This document shows, one piece after another, positions 1 through 10,851 of a stretch of 64,000 bases of DNA. The DNA lies in NCBI GenBank assembly GCA_964019335.1, contig OZ025668.1, forward strand, positions 186,001-250,000. The letters run 5' to 3'. The stretch's first letter is position 1. Every line of letters begins with the position of its first letter. The notes under the pieces are model-generated. The model did not search any database. It saw nothing but the letters and a program-made list of their open reading frames with translations, and had not been told where the DNA came from. The DNA comes from Diplonema japonicum (lineage: Eukaryota; Protista; Euglenozoa: Diplonemea). Both the position numbers and the translations under genes were made by a program.

Positions 1-1811
1 GGGAGGAGACTGGCGATGAGGGGCTTCTCCGAGGCGCGCATGAGGTTTTTCATAGCGGGCTTGAGCGTGTCGCGGTTTTTGTCAAGCCAGCCCTCTACAG
101 TGTAGTTGACAGAGGCAGCGTAGTGGTTCACTATGAAGCTGTTTTTCGCAAGTTTCTTAGTGGCGAAGAAGGGGTTGGAGGAACATTGCTGGAGGACAGA
201 GTCGAGGAAGGAGGAGTCCGTCCCCTTCCCCATGGAACACACGTCGTCGAGGAGGCCGAAGATGCCTGTCTTGTCCACCATGAGGCGCAGGCAGGGCCCG
301 TTGTCGGGGCACTTCACCTCCGTCACGTCGATGCCTTCCGACCTGCACTCATCCATGTCCTTTGTGAATATGTAGGAATTGTAGTGGTTTTGCAGCGTCT
401 CGTTTGCGAGGTTGATGCAGATCTGCTCGAAGGAGTTGTACTCGAAGTCCTCGAAGCCGAAGATGTCGAGCAACCCGATGAAGTTCTCCCCTGCTCCACA
501 GTCTGTTTTTTCGTTTATTTTGTTCACCTCCCACCCGAACACAGCGTCGTAGAGAGCCTTGCATAGAGCGTCCCTGCCGTCTGCGGCCTTGACTTCATTG
601 AGCTTGGAGGTGATGGGACCGTCTCGGGTCTCCATGGTGGAGGTCACGAGCTCGTGGGATAGAACGTCCAGAGCGGTGCCCCATTGCTGTGTGGCCTTGC
701 CCAGCTTGTCCAGGCCTTCGGAGGTAACTTCGCAGCTATCGTCGTCGATGGCGCTGAAGGACACGCGGAGCATGTTGAAGATGCCGCCCACCACACGCCA
801 CACCTCGTCGATGTTGTCATCGGTGAAGCCGCAGTTCTTCATGGCCTCCACACACAGCGTGTAGTCCTCTGCATCGTCCACACCTGCTATGTCGATACAG
901 CCGCCTGCGTTCGCGTGTGTACTTTGCAGGTCCTCTGCACCGTAGCGGCCTGCGTCTGCCCCTTGTCCTAATAGGTAGAAGGCGTGGTACACGCGCTCTC
1001 CCGGCGTTGCGGTTACAATCCTGCTCTTTTCAAGAAGGTACTTGATAGTAAAGGCACCGACCAGGTTCCCAGCAGTGTTGAACTGTACCTTCATGAACTT
1101 CCCGAATCGCGATGAGTTGTTGTTCCGCACGGTCTTGGCGTTCCCAAAGCCCTCGAGGACAGGGGAGGCCTGGTTGATGGAAAATGCAATGGACTTGGCC
1201 TGCTCCTTGTCCTTGTCCTCGCCGTGCATGCATGACAGGCAACCCAGATACTTCATCACGATCTTGGCAGCCTCTGTCTTCCCAGCACCGGACTCCCCTG
1301 AGATGAGGATGGTTTGGTTCTCTTTATCACGACGCATGTCATGCCACGTGTTGTGCGCTTGCGACCAGGAGTGCGGGACGCAGTTTTTGACGACTTCACC
1401 CTCCTGGAGGTACTGCGGCATGTTGTTGTCGGTGTACCATGGGATCTTGAAGTTCCAAGGGTTCAGGGCCACCACGATGGCACCGATGTTGGTGTAGACA
1501 ACGTCCCTCATGTACCGCACGTAGAGGCAGCGTTGGATTGTTGCATCATGTAAGACAGTCAAGTCGAGCAGATCGTCGACATCTTCATCAAGAACATCCT
1601 CTCGTACCGGCCAGACCTTGTCGTCGCCTACCTTCGACGTTGCCAGCCCCGCTACTTTTGTTGCTGAAAATTCTGCCCCTTTCACCGTGAAGAGCTTCCC
1701 ATCGTCGCCTTCCACTTCACCTATCGCCCATCCGTGGTTCTCCTCCCAGTAGTACACGCGGCTACCGGCACAGCAGAGGTCCCTGTTCAGCTTTTCTTCT
1801 TCCTTAATCAT
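1..1811 (-). CDS. Myosin heavy chain, N-terminal part of motor domain (runs off the left edge); resembles euglenozoan class XIII/XXI-type myosins
   Basis: Manual minus-strand translation from ATG at 1811 (MIKEEEKLNRDL...): DDLLDLTVLHDA, YTNIGAIVVALNPW, P-loop ILISGESGAGKTEAAK (~1265-1310), switch I AKTVRNNNSSRFGKF (~1095-1140), switch II IGLLDIFGFEDFEYNSFEQICINLANE (~405-480). Absent from the ORF track because its stop lies outside the window. Confidence 0.95.
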   Translation of the reverse strand, partial: MIKEEEKLNRDLCCAGSRVYYWEENHGWAIGEVEGDDGKLFTVKGAEFSATKVAGLATSKVGDDKVWPVREDVLDEDVDDLLDLTVLHDATIQRCLYVRYMRDVVYTNIGAIVVALNPWNFKIPWYTDNNMPQYLQEGEVVKNCVPHSWSQAHNTWHDMRRDKENQTILISGESGAGKTEAAKIVMKYLGCLSCMHGEDKDKEQAKSIAFSINQASPVLEGFGNAKTVRNNNSSRFGKFMKVQFNTAGNLVGAFTIKYLLEKSRIVTATPGERVYHAFYLLGQGADAGRYGAEDLQSTHANAGGCIDIAGVDDAEDYTLCVEAMKNCGFTDDNIDEVWRVVGGIFNMLRVSFSAIDDDSCEVTSEGLDKLGKATQQWGTALDVLSHELVTSTMETRDGPITSKLNEVKAADGRDALCKALYDAVFGWEVNKINEKTDCGAGENFIGLLDIFGFEDFEYNSFEQICINLANETLQNHYNSYIFTKDMDECRSEGIDVTEVKCPDNGPCLRLMVDKTGIFGLLDDVCSMGKGTDSSFLDSVLQQCSSNPFFATKKLAKNSFIVNHYAASVNYTVEGWLDKNRDTLKPAMKNLMRASEKPLIASLL

Positions 1812-2164
1812 ATTTTCTTTTTCTTGGGGACCTTTGAAGGCAATGTGGCTTGGATGGGTTGATGGTTGGGAAAAAAAAAAAAAAAAAAGAAATAATCTTT
1901 TCTTTTTCTTTTTTTTTCGTTTTTCTTTCCTTGCCTTTTTTTTTTCTTTTTTTTTCCTTCCTCCCTTTTATTTTTTCTTCTTTTTTTTGACCGTGGTATA
2001 TAAAAAAGTTGAAAAAAAAGGGGGAGGGAAAGAGGTTGATAAGATAAAAGGATGGTTTTCTTTTTCTTTTTTTGTAATCCCTTTTTTTTTCCTTCTAAAA
2101 GCAGTATTTGCTTTTCTTTTGATATTTTGTTTGTAATTCTGTGAAGATAGAAATGAAAAAAAAA

Positions 2165-2610
2165 TATATATGAGTTAAAGGAAGTCTTTGTGAGACGCCC
2201 CCTTGTTCTCATGCTCTACCTGCACCTATCCCCCTTCAGCAGCGGTTTCTCCTTCTTCGGTGGTCGTGCCGGCCTCCGCCTTGCACAGTTCTGGAGACCT
2301 GTCCTCGTCAGTGTTCAGGTCGCCGACAACGAGTATGGGTACGTTGCCGAGCTCCTTCGCCTTCTTCTGCAGGATGTAGTGGAGGAGGGCCTCCCTCTTT
2401 GCCGTTTCTTCTCGCCCTGCTCCCGACGGGCAGTAAACCGAGATGATGTGCAGCCATTTGCGCTTGCCGTCGATCGCGACCTGCGTGTGCAGCCACCTCC
2501 GGCTTTGCTCCTCAGGTTGGTCTGAGGTATCCAGTGTTCCTGGTAGTGCGGTCCTGGGTTCTCGGATGAGTGTTGCGAGTCCCCCCCTCTGCGCTACCCA
2601 TCCAGCCCTG
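2165..2610 (-). mobile_element. Internally deleted non-LTR retrotransposon remnant: APE endonuclease fragment joined to the element 3' tail
   Basis: Minus frame reads QRGGLATLIRE...WLHIISVYCPSG...GNVPILVVGDLNTD (AP-endonuclease motifs). It is followed by a 3' tail ending ...GACTTCCTTTAACTCATATAT that recurs at 31136 and 55915. Confidence 0.8.
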
Positions 2611-2634
2611 AAAAAAAAAAAAAAAAAAACTTTA

Positions 2635-3506
2635 AATTATATTATTATTTATTTTCTGGATTCCCTCTAAAGGAATTTTGGCTAGAGCCGGGAAAATAAA
2701 GTTTTCATTATTTTCCTAGGGAAAATAAAGTACTTTATTTTTTTCCTCGTGTTTTAAGCAGATTTGTGAAAATGGGGCTTCAGAGAAAAGAGGCCGGAAA
2801 GTCAACAAAATTTTGCGGTATTTGTGCCATGGTTGGTGCCCACCGTGGACAGGGGATCCTACACGTGCCTGTCACCATTCTACTATTGCATCCTGGTGTT
2901 GGCTGTTGGGGCTTGCCTTTGAGTCGTAAAGTTTATGTTAATTAAGTCATGGATGGCATCTGCAGTAAGAACATCGCTCGCAGCCCCTCTAAGTAGGGAG
3001 CTGCTTGGGTGGACGAGAACAAGGGCCATGCACCCAGGTTCCTCAGGGAGTTCATCGAGTTCAGCTGCATCTGCACCAGAAAGCCCAGGGAGGCTGACAT
3101 GATAACGCAGTTTGATGCCCTGTGCAAAGGAGGGCTAAGCCGTCGAGCCTCTGGTCCCTTTATAGCCGCCTGAACCATACCATGAAGCATAAGCACAAAA
3201 CTGCAAGACTGGCCCAGGTTGACTGCCATGCTGAAGGCGTGGACGAGCAGTGCAAGCAACCCCCTGTCTTAATGTTATGTTAAATCCTGGACTTCCTGGC
3301 TTTGGGGGGGTTTGGGAGTGCCATCGGGAACCAGAAAATAAATAAAATTACGTATTCATGAATTAAAGTGGACTTTACTCTTTCCCTTGGCTAATCTGTC
3401 CCTCGGAATCTGATTTTCACGAGCGAAGCGAGGGAAAATCACCCCCTCGGGACAGATTATCAGCCGCGAGAAATAAAGTCCACTTTATTTTTCATAAATC
3501 AATTGT
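2635..3506 (+). mobile_element. Degenerate Crypton-like (tyrosine recombinase) DNA transposon
   Basis: Left end ATTTATTTTCTGGATTCCC (~2647-2665) is an inverted copy of subterminal GGGAACCAGAAAATAAAT (~3326-3343). A ~140-bp terminal palindrome (3360-3490) is centred on CGAGCGAAGCGAG. A frameshifted plus-strand pseudo-ORF reads REFIEFSCICTRKPREADMITQFDAL / KPSSLWSLYSRLNHTMKHKH / LQDWPRLTAMLKAW and resembles the N-terminal part of Crypton recombinases. Confidence 0.6.
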
Positions 3507-4027
3507 TAAAACTTTAAAAAAAAATATATATATAGCTGCCATTTTTTTCTTTTAAATATTTCTTTTTTTTTTTTTTACCAGAGTTAACTTATGATTCGCC
3601 GGTAGTAATAAAAAAAATAAAAAATAAAAAAGAAAGTAAGAAAACAAAAATTCCTCGACATGTTTACCCTGCAAAAAAAAAAAAAACTTTTTTTAATTAT
3701 CCATCAGAGGTTTTTCCAACTCGGTAGTTAGCTCGTTGGCCTTGGGTTGGGATTTCAAAAACCTTTAAGAACAGTGGCAAGATTTGCCTCTGCAAGCAGA
3801 GAAAAAGGGGGGAAGAAGAAGAGGGTGATACAGATCTACCAAAAGAGGAAACGTACACGGAAATAAACAGGAAAAAAAAAACGGCAGAACATCCTCTTCG
3901 GGATGAAGACTCAAAGTGCCGCCCTAAAGAAAATATACTTAGGGCCTCTTACTATTAAAGACAAAAAGTATTTATTCTCTTGGGGGAGGGAGGTGGCATA
4001 TAGCGTATCATAAATTATCTGAATCAG

Positions 4028-4236
4028 TACTCACTCTCCTGAATTACTCCACACACTCGGGGAGATTAACCAACTTTGGCTTCACCCCCTTTCCCTCGTG
4101 CTGAAGTAATTTCAGGGTGTCGTGATATAAAACTACTTAAGTGCCTCCAAGTAATGTTTTAACGCCACTCTCGGTCCCCATTTTAGTTTTTCAAGAGTGG
4201 TGTTAAAGTCATTACTTGTTGGCATTGAATAGCTAC
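4028..4236 (+). repeat. Short copy of hairpin-ended non-autonomous repeat family A
   Basis: Shares TGAAGTAATTTCAG..GTCGTGA.ATAAAAC and AAAGTCATTACTTGTTGGCA...AATAGCTA with the copies at 14393 and 34323. Confidence 0.75.
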
Positions 4237-4424
4237 TAATTTAGGGGCCAAAATAAAATTAAAATACGGTATTATAAGAAGAGAAAACTCATTTTGATCA
4301 GGGACAAAAAACTGGGGGGGGGGTAAAAGAAATAAAAATCAGACAGCCAACTAATGGCACCGATAGCGATACCACTCTCTTTCTTTCTTTCTTTTTTTTT
4401 TTCTTTTTGCTGGATATATATATT

Positions 4425-4460
<36 letters not shown>

Positions 4461-5147
4461 CTTTCTTCTATCAAGTAACCAGCGTTAAAAATCGGCGTGC
4501 TGAGGGTTAAAAAAAACTACTCCCTCTGGCGAATATAGAAAGATGGCTCACGAAACATATTTTGACACCAAAATGAAAACAATTCTTGAATTGGAGGAGG
4601 TTATCGCGAGACGTCGTTGCTGTTGCTTTCATCAGCTACTCCTGTTGGTGGTAAAGTTGCCATATTATTTTATTTTCTAAACAAACGAAACGGAAGCCCG
4701 TTTCTTTCTTTTTCCCCCCGGTACTACAAAAAAAAAAAGAGTCGATTTTTTAGCATTTGTCTGAGCACACTGTCCTATGGGCGAAGCACCTCTTCGGGAG
4801 GCTTTTCTTTCTTCTTTATTTTTATTTTTTGTATACTTAGTTTTGCTAAAAAGAGAGGCGTATGGAAACAAAAAAAGTGACGATGTGGGGGGGGGGGGGG
4901 GGGGGGGGAAACTCTTTTTTTTCATTTTCCTCTATTTTCTTTCTTCCTTCTTCCACATCTACGCATGGATTGACGATGACAAAGAGTACTAAATAGATAA
5001 AAAAGAGAAAAAAAAAATAGCTAGCTGATTGAAGTGTATTTATTTATTTCTCATCTTTTCGAGGAGGCATTCCGACATCGCCTGTTTAGGGTAGATCCCC
5101 CTGGTTGTCGGAAAATGTACTTAGCCCCCCTGAGTGCGTGAAGTAAT

Positions 5148-6385
5148 TTAACCCATAAAGGACCGGAGCTGAATATTCAGCTAAAAAAAAATCTTTTAAT
5201 TCTGCTAAGGCATTTTTAGTGCTCTGCATGCCCACTCTTTAAAGAGGGGCCTTATTGCGCGACTTTCTTTATACTGAACGCTATATCGCCCGTAAATTTT
5301 TGCATCCAAACTGCAAGGGGAGAAAAAAAATAGTGGCACAGACATTGTTTTTTTACACCCCATAAGGGAGTAGTGCCGAAAGCACTTCTGAAGAAGGGCC
5401 AGTGTCACCGGATGATGGGGATATCCCGGATATGGAATGGGATGACAAAATCGAGAAGGTGGGGAGGAAAATATTTCGCAAGGCACCAGGTCCAAGCGTA
5501 CCAGTAGTGGGTCTCAACGGGCTGGAGGTTTTTCCTTTGTTTTTGATAGGGCGGCCCTCCAGCAGGGGGCTTGTCCTGTACTTTGAGTTGTTTTTCACTC
5601 CTGCGGCTCTAAAAGGCTATCGTGGGGTGGGCAGCAAGCCATTCGAGTGATAGAGGCCTTTGGATACTTACAGGGCTCATAATCAAGACAGATATCAAGG
5701 TCTACTGGGCACAGGATGAACTCATAGATACCCCATATTCACTATATTTCAGAACGGTAATGGAAAGAAACAGGCTCCTAAAAATAATGCGCCAAATGCG
5801 GTTTGGGTTGCCCGCTGGTGGAGGAGAAGGAGACAGAATGGCTAAAGGGCGCAATCTTATAAATCTTGTGGTTCCTTCTTGGTCATCCCTGTATGTACCC
5901 AAGCGAAAGCTTGCTGTGGATGAACCATCATACGCTGTAGAAGCCGTGTCGGGTTCATTGTTTATGAACCGAAGAAGAGTTATGGGTTCAAAATGCGATT
6001 CAGACACCGGTTACACTCTACATGATTGTTTGTACCGGCACGGGCACCCGGCGGAAAGAGGCAGAGCTGCTCACCGAATATCAGCACCAGATTTACTGGA
6101 TTGTCTTTGACAACTGTTTTCGCTTGTCCCATTGTTGATACGGATTTACAATGCGGATTTCCTGTGCCCTTTGCAAGAGTTGTTTCTCTCAAATGCTGCT
6201 CTACCACCAAAGTTTGGGTGCGTCTGGGGCTGAAATGCAGGCTGCTTCGCGCTCCAGAAATGGGGTAGTGAAAATAATATAGGTACACACCCTCTAACTC
6301 CACCCTCGCCATTTTATTTTGGTATTTGAACGAAAAGTTCAAAATCGACTTTTTAGACGAAAAATAGCGGTCCTTTATGGGTTAA
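5148..6385 (+). mobile_element. Defective piggyBac DNA transposon (1.23 kb)
   Basis: TTAA at 5148-5151 and 6382-6385 flank perfect 14-bp TIRs CCCATAAAGGACCG / CGGTCCTTTATGGG. The internal ORF 5622-6110 has piggyBac transposase motifs (YWAQDELIDTP..FRTVMERNRLLKIMRQMRF..DRMAKGRNLI..YVPKRKLAVDE) and is truncated and frameshifted. Confidence 0.93.
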
Positions 6386-6854
6386 AAAAAAAAAGAATTG
6401 ATCTCGGAGTTTACCTGGACGTTATTAATTAAAAACCAGGGTGCACTCTCTGAGAACTCTCCTCCAGCGGGTTTGCAGCAGACACCACCCGTGCTCCCCC
6501 TAAAACCTCATATTTCTAAGTGGAATTCTTGCTGGTTTTGCAGGAAAACAAAAAGAAATTCGTCTTAAATGTCTCTTTTAATTTGGTCAAGCAGTGTGTG
6601 TCAAATGATGAATGAACGGTGAAAAAAGAAAAGTAAGAAAAAAAAACGACTTTCGTTTGTAACGTTTACGGCCCAATGAGCTGTAATTTAACTTTCGTTA
6701 CCATTTTTCTTTGGTAATAAATAGGTATTTTTCTTCTAAAAAAAAAAAAAATGAATACTGTAGAATTGACCAAGAAAGCTGGCGCAGTGTAAACACTCTC
6801 CCAGCGCTTCTTTTTTCTATGTTACAACTACAAAATAACAAATGTTTTCAGTTC

Positions 6855-6885
<31 letters not shown>

Positions 6886-7329
6886 TTAAAGAAAGAGTTC
6901 AACTAAACACAAAGACAGGGTAAATTCCCTCTCGCCCCCACTATTCCAGCAGCGGTGAACCTACCAGCTGCCCGCAAATAAGATCAATTCTGAAATTGCA
7001 GAAGGTCAGAAGGCCAGAAGGTGCGGATGGCATCCACCTGGAATGGACGGGCGCTTGAACACTGCCAACCTACACAAAAGCAGCTACCGCAGCAAAGAAC
7101 ATAACATAACTATACTAAGGATAAGTGGCAGAATGAGTAGTGCGATTCACTATATGTAAAGTGTCTGCATATAAAATTCGATAAAGTTTCAGTGTGCATG
7201 GGGCGCACTGTGTATAAAAAATAAAAAAGAATACAAAATCTAACGATGAGGGATGCATGCTCATTACACTCTTTGTAAAGGTTGCCCATTTCTATTACTA
7301 GAACAGATTTGAACTAATAGATCCCTCAA

Positions 7330-10032
7330 TTAGCGAAAGGGTGTCGAACGTCGCCTTGCGATCCTTGTCCCTGTGGCCTCCCCTGCCCATCCCTCAGCAG
7401 GGTTCTGTGGGACGACAAGCCCCCTGTTGAAGGGCCTCGCGAGCATCATCGTCCCCTCCATCACACTGATCACCTTCTCCATTGTGCGGTCTTTCCCGTC
7501 GCTCAGCAGCCGTAGTTCCTCCACATCCCTGTCGTTGAAGGCCTCCTTGTACCTCGCCCCCCACTCCTCTCCCACAACTCCGTCAAACAGGTTCCACACA
7601 CCGTCCACAAGGCTGAAGGTCTTCAGGTTGAGCTCGTACACACATCTTTCAATACATGAATTCTCAAATGACACCTGTGTCACGATGCCGTTCGAGTTGG
7701 CACGGCCTCCGAAGTCTGTGCTTTCCACGTGCGTCGTGCTCACGACCTCTCTTGGTAGCTTCCAGGTGTCAACAGGGCGGGTGTGGACTTGGAGTGAGGT
7801 GTCAGTACCAGCACAGGACTCACCAGCAAGGAGGCAGAGGGTCCCGAGCTGCGAGGCCGCCTCCGCAAGGGCCCGCCCCTCCTCAACCCCAGACCCGAGA
7901 GAGGTCACGAAACGTTGTTTTGCACTCCCCAGCGACCCGTGCAGCACCCTCCCTGTGGACATCCCCACACTCACGAACCGCTCCCACACAGCACCACTGA
8001 TAGACGAGTACAAGTGCGACACGAACTTCGCACTCTGAGCAACGTGCATCGCACAAGGCTTCCCTGCATTCCAGTTCGCAATGATGCTGTTGCTGCACAC
8101 CACGTTCAGCAGGCCTTCCGTCCGCTCCACTCCTTCAATAATGATGTTCAGGATCTCGTTCACAGCATCAACTGCGTTCGTGAACAGCACAAGACACGAG
8201 AAGTCCACCCTGATGTGCATCGTCGTCGCTGTGCTTGCTGTCAGGCGGTTGCGGGTGATGTGCTGTGTCCGTGCCTCTCCGAACACGGAGGTGCTTTTCC
8301 TGGAGTGCGAGTGGACGGAGGCCGACATTACTGCAGGTGATCTAGGAGAGGTAGGAGACGTAGGTGATGTGGGCATCTGGTCAAACCGGCGCTTGTCGAG
8401 TATCTTCTCAACTTCGACCTGTCGCTTCCCAAGGTCAGTAGGTACCGTTATGAACAAGGGAACATTGCCCACCCCCTTCAGACTGACAGAACCCATCTTC
8501 GTGATGACAGGCTTGCTGAGGCCCTCTCCCCAGTTGGTGTTGTTGCTGAGCTGGGCTTGAACCTCTTCGGTGAAGGCGACTGCACCCCCTGCAGAGGCGG
8601 ACTCCACCCTCGCTGCCTTGTTCACTGTGGGTCCCATGTAGTCGGTCCTCCCTGTCGTGGGGTTCAGTTCCAGCCTCGCGGGGCCTGTGTGGACCCCGAT
8701 CCGCACCCGAAGCCCCCTCCAGCACAGGGACCCGTCCTCCTCCCTCCCCACCACCTTGCACAGTGGGTGTTCCAGGAGCGCCGCAGGCCACGGAGCACGG
8801 AGGAGAGACCCCTGCGCCAGGAGCCCGAACCGCACCCCTTCAACCACCTTGTCGAAGGCGACCATGAAGGCGTCCCCGATCGTCTTCACCTCGTACCCGT
8901 TCGTCGCCGTGATGCACTCCCTCATCACATCGTTGTGGATCTCCATCGCCGTCCGCATCGCCGACGTGTGCCTCTCCCAGATGTCCGTCGACGACTGGAT
9001 GTCCGTGAACACGATCGTCACCTCCTCCTGACCGCTCCCTGCGGGGATCTGACGGATGTGGTGCATCTTCTTCATGTACTGACCAGCCCTTCCTCCCTCC
9101 CCTCTGCTTCCCTCCACCCCCGTCCCCTCTTGTGCCACCTCCTCGGCGGCGAACAAGGCATCCGGGAGGTAAGGACGGTAGAGCTTCAGGTTGCTGAGGA
9201 GTCCCAGGAAAGCTTTGTTCAGTTCGCTTTTCTCAGCGTTCTTCACAAGGTGCTCTGCTGTCTCCAAATCGAAGCGCACCAATGCGCCGGCAACCTTCTG
9301 TGCAAGAAGGACAGCAGCTTCTGACTTCTGCTGTTCACTACGCATCCCCAACGCGAACCTGCGTGTCATCAGGAAATCTAACACGAAAACAAGCAACCGT
9401 GTAGGCATGGTAGTTGTCATCCACCCAGTGCCCTCAGTGGGGCGTGGCTCGGTGCCTGTCCAGGACTCGGGGATGGCGTTGTAGATGCCAAGGCCGACAC
9501 CTTCCTCGATGGTCTTGACGATGATGTAGAGGGTGGTCATGACGATAAGAACCCATCCACTTTGGGAGCTGCATTTCGTAAGGAGGATGAGGTCAGCAAT
9601 GAGAACGCTGCCTGTCCAGAGGTCCTCCTTGCCGTAGGCGGAGAGGTCGCCGGCGAGGGCGAAGAAGACGACGAAGCCAATGAGGCAGGGCTCAAGAATG
9701 GAGTAGATTATCCGTTTGTAGAGGAAAATGTGTACAAAAACAATGAAGCAGCAAAGAGCGCGAATGAAGTTTAAGCCGGCTATAACCCACATCCCAGAAG
9801 GAATATAACTGATGGCGAAAAGCAGTTCGAATACCCCACCGAAAAGACTCAAAGGGACCAATATCTTCTTTGCCGTTCGCTCAGACGCAGAGTCGCTCTC
9901 TCGCGAAAAAAAAGACAGAAACTTGTCATACTGCACACTGCACCACCTTGGCTCCTGCTCCTCTTCTATCGACTCGTCCTCGCTCAGCTCTCTGCACATT
10001 TCAATATCATCAGCTTCTTTTATCTCTTCCAT
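7330..10032 (-). CDS. Multi-pass membrane class III adenylyl cyclase, copy 1 (900 aa)
   Basis: About 6 hydrophobic N-terminal segments; cyclase motifs VTIVFTDIQSST, YEVKTIGDAFMVAF, GLRVRIGVHTG, DYMGPTVNKAARVE; degenerate second cyclase-like domain at the C-terminus. Confidence 0.93.
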   Translation of the reverse strand: MEEIKEADDIEMCRELSEDESIEEEQEPRWCSVQYDKFLSFFSRESDSASERTAKKILVPLSLFGGVFELLFAISYIPSGMWVIAGLNFIRALCCFIVFVHIFLYKRIIYSILEPCLIGFVVFFALAGDLSAYGKEDLWTGSVLIADLILLTKCSSQSGWVLIVMTTLYIIVKTIEEGVGLGIYNAIPESWTGTEPRPTEGTGWMTTTMPTRLLVFVLDFLMTRRFALGMRSEQQKSEAAVLLAQKVAGALVRFDLETAEHLVKNAEKSELNKAFLGLLSNLKLYRPYLPDALFAAEEVAQEGTGVEGSRGEGGRAGQYMKKMHHIRQIPAGSGQEEVTIVFTDIQSSTDIWERHTSAMRTAMEIHNDVMRECITATNGYEVKTIGDAFMVAFDKVVEGVRFGLLAQGSLLRAPWPAALLEHPLCKVVGREEDGSLCWRGLRVRIGVHTGPARLELNPTTGRTDYMGPTVNKAARVESASAGGAVAFTEEVQAQLSNNTNWGEGLSKPVITKMGSVSLKGVGNVPLFITVPTDLGKRQVEVEKILDKRRFDQMPTSPTSPTSPRSPAVMSASVHSHSRKSTSVFGEARTQHITRNRLTASTATTMHIRVDFSCLVLFTNAVDAVNEILNIIIEGVERTEGLLNVVCSNSIIANWNAGKPCAMHVAQSAKFVSHLYSSISGAVWERFVSVGMSTGRVLHGSLGSAKQRFVTSLGSGVEEGRALAEAASQLGTLCLLAGESCAGTDTSLQVHTRPVDTWKLPREVVSTTHVESTDFGGRANSNGIVTQVSFENSCIERCVYELNLKTFSLVDGVWNLFDGVVGEEWGARYKEAFNDRDVEELRLLSDGKDRTMEKVISVMEGTMMLARPFNRGLVVPQNPAEGWAGEATGTRIARRRSTPFR

Positions 10033-10851
10033 TTCCCTGAAGAATTTCTCGAATTGATCGAATCAAAAAAAGGAAGGATTACAAAAAAAAACACAAAACA
10101 GCTGCCTCCTAAGAGGGCGAAGACAGTATTTGTGGTAATTTACTGCAAAGTGAAAATAGTTATAAATGGAGAAAATGAACAGCGATCCACTGGGTGAATG
10201 GCCGTAGGAAAGAAAGGAAAGAGCCGGAAACTTAGAAGAAACGTAGAATTAAGAAAGAAAATCAGCGTACGATGTCACAGGTCAACCGAGTGAAAACACA
10301 CTCCTTAGAGGAGGTGGTGGGGGAGGGGTGTGCGAGAGCAATAAAATAGCGCTTGTAACGGGTGATGTTCGTTAAGTTGTCTAAAATCCTAAGGAAAGAA
10401 AACAAACACATGAAGGACGAGGCCCATCTGAGTTCACCTCCCGTTTTTTTTTCTTCCACACAGCCTTGAAGAGAGAGGTTAAAAATAAATAAAAAGCGAA
10501 TCGTGCTGTAAGGAGACCGCTTGGGTTATCGATTCTACAAAAGGTCACTAGTGAGAAAGGAAAGGAAGGAAAAAGAGGTAAATAGAAAAATTCTTTTTGT
10601 TCTACCATCTTTCCTTTTATTTTTGTTGATATATTGCAGTTCGTTAGTACGCGGGCAGTTCTTCCTCAGATATTCTTGCTCATTAGAATAAGAAATATCA
10701 ACAGAATTAAAATGAACCCTTGAACTCTACCACTCGATACTCCAACGAGATGTAGTTAAACATTGCAAAGGCTACACAGATAGCTGCGGTAGGTGGGTGC
10801 TTGCAATTCCTCGTTTCATTTGTCAAAACAATTCTATTTCAACTGCCATTA

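Noticed and set aside
4495-4512. Lone piggyBac-like end (GCTGAGGGTTAA)
   Set aside because: No matching opposite terminus found.
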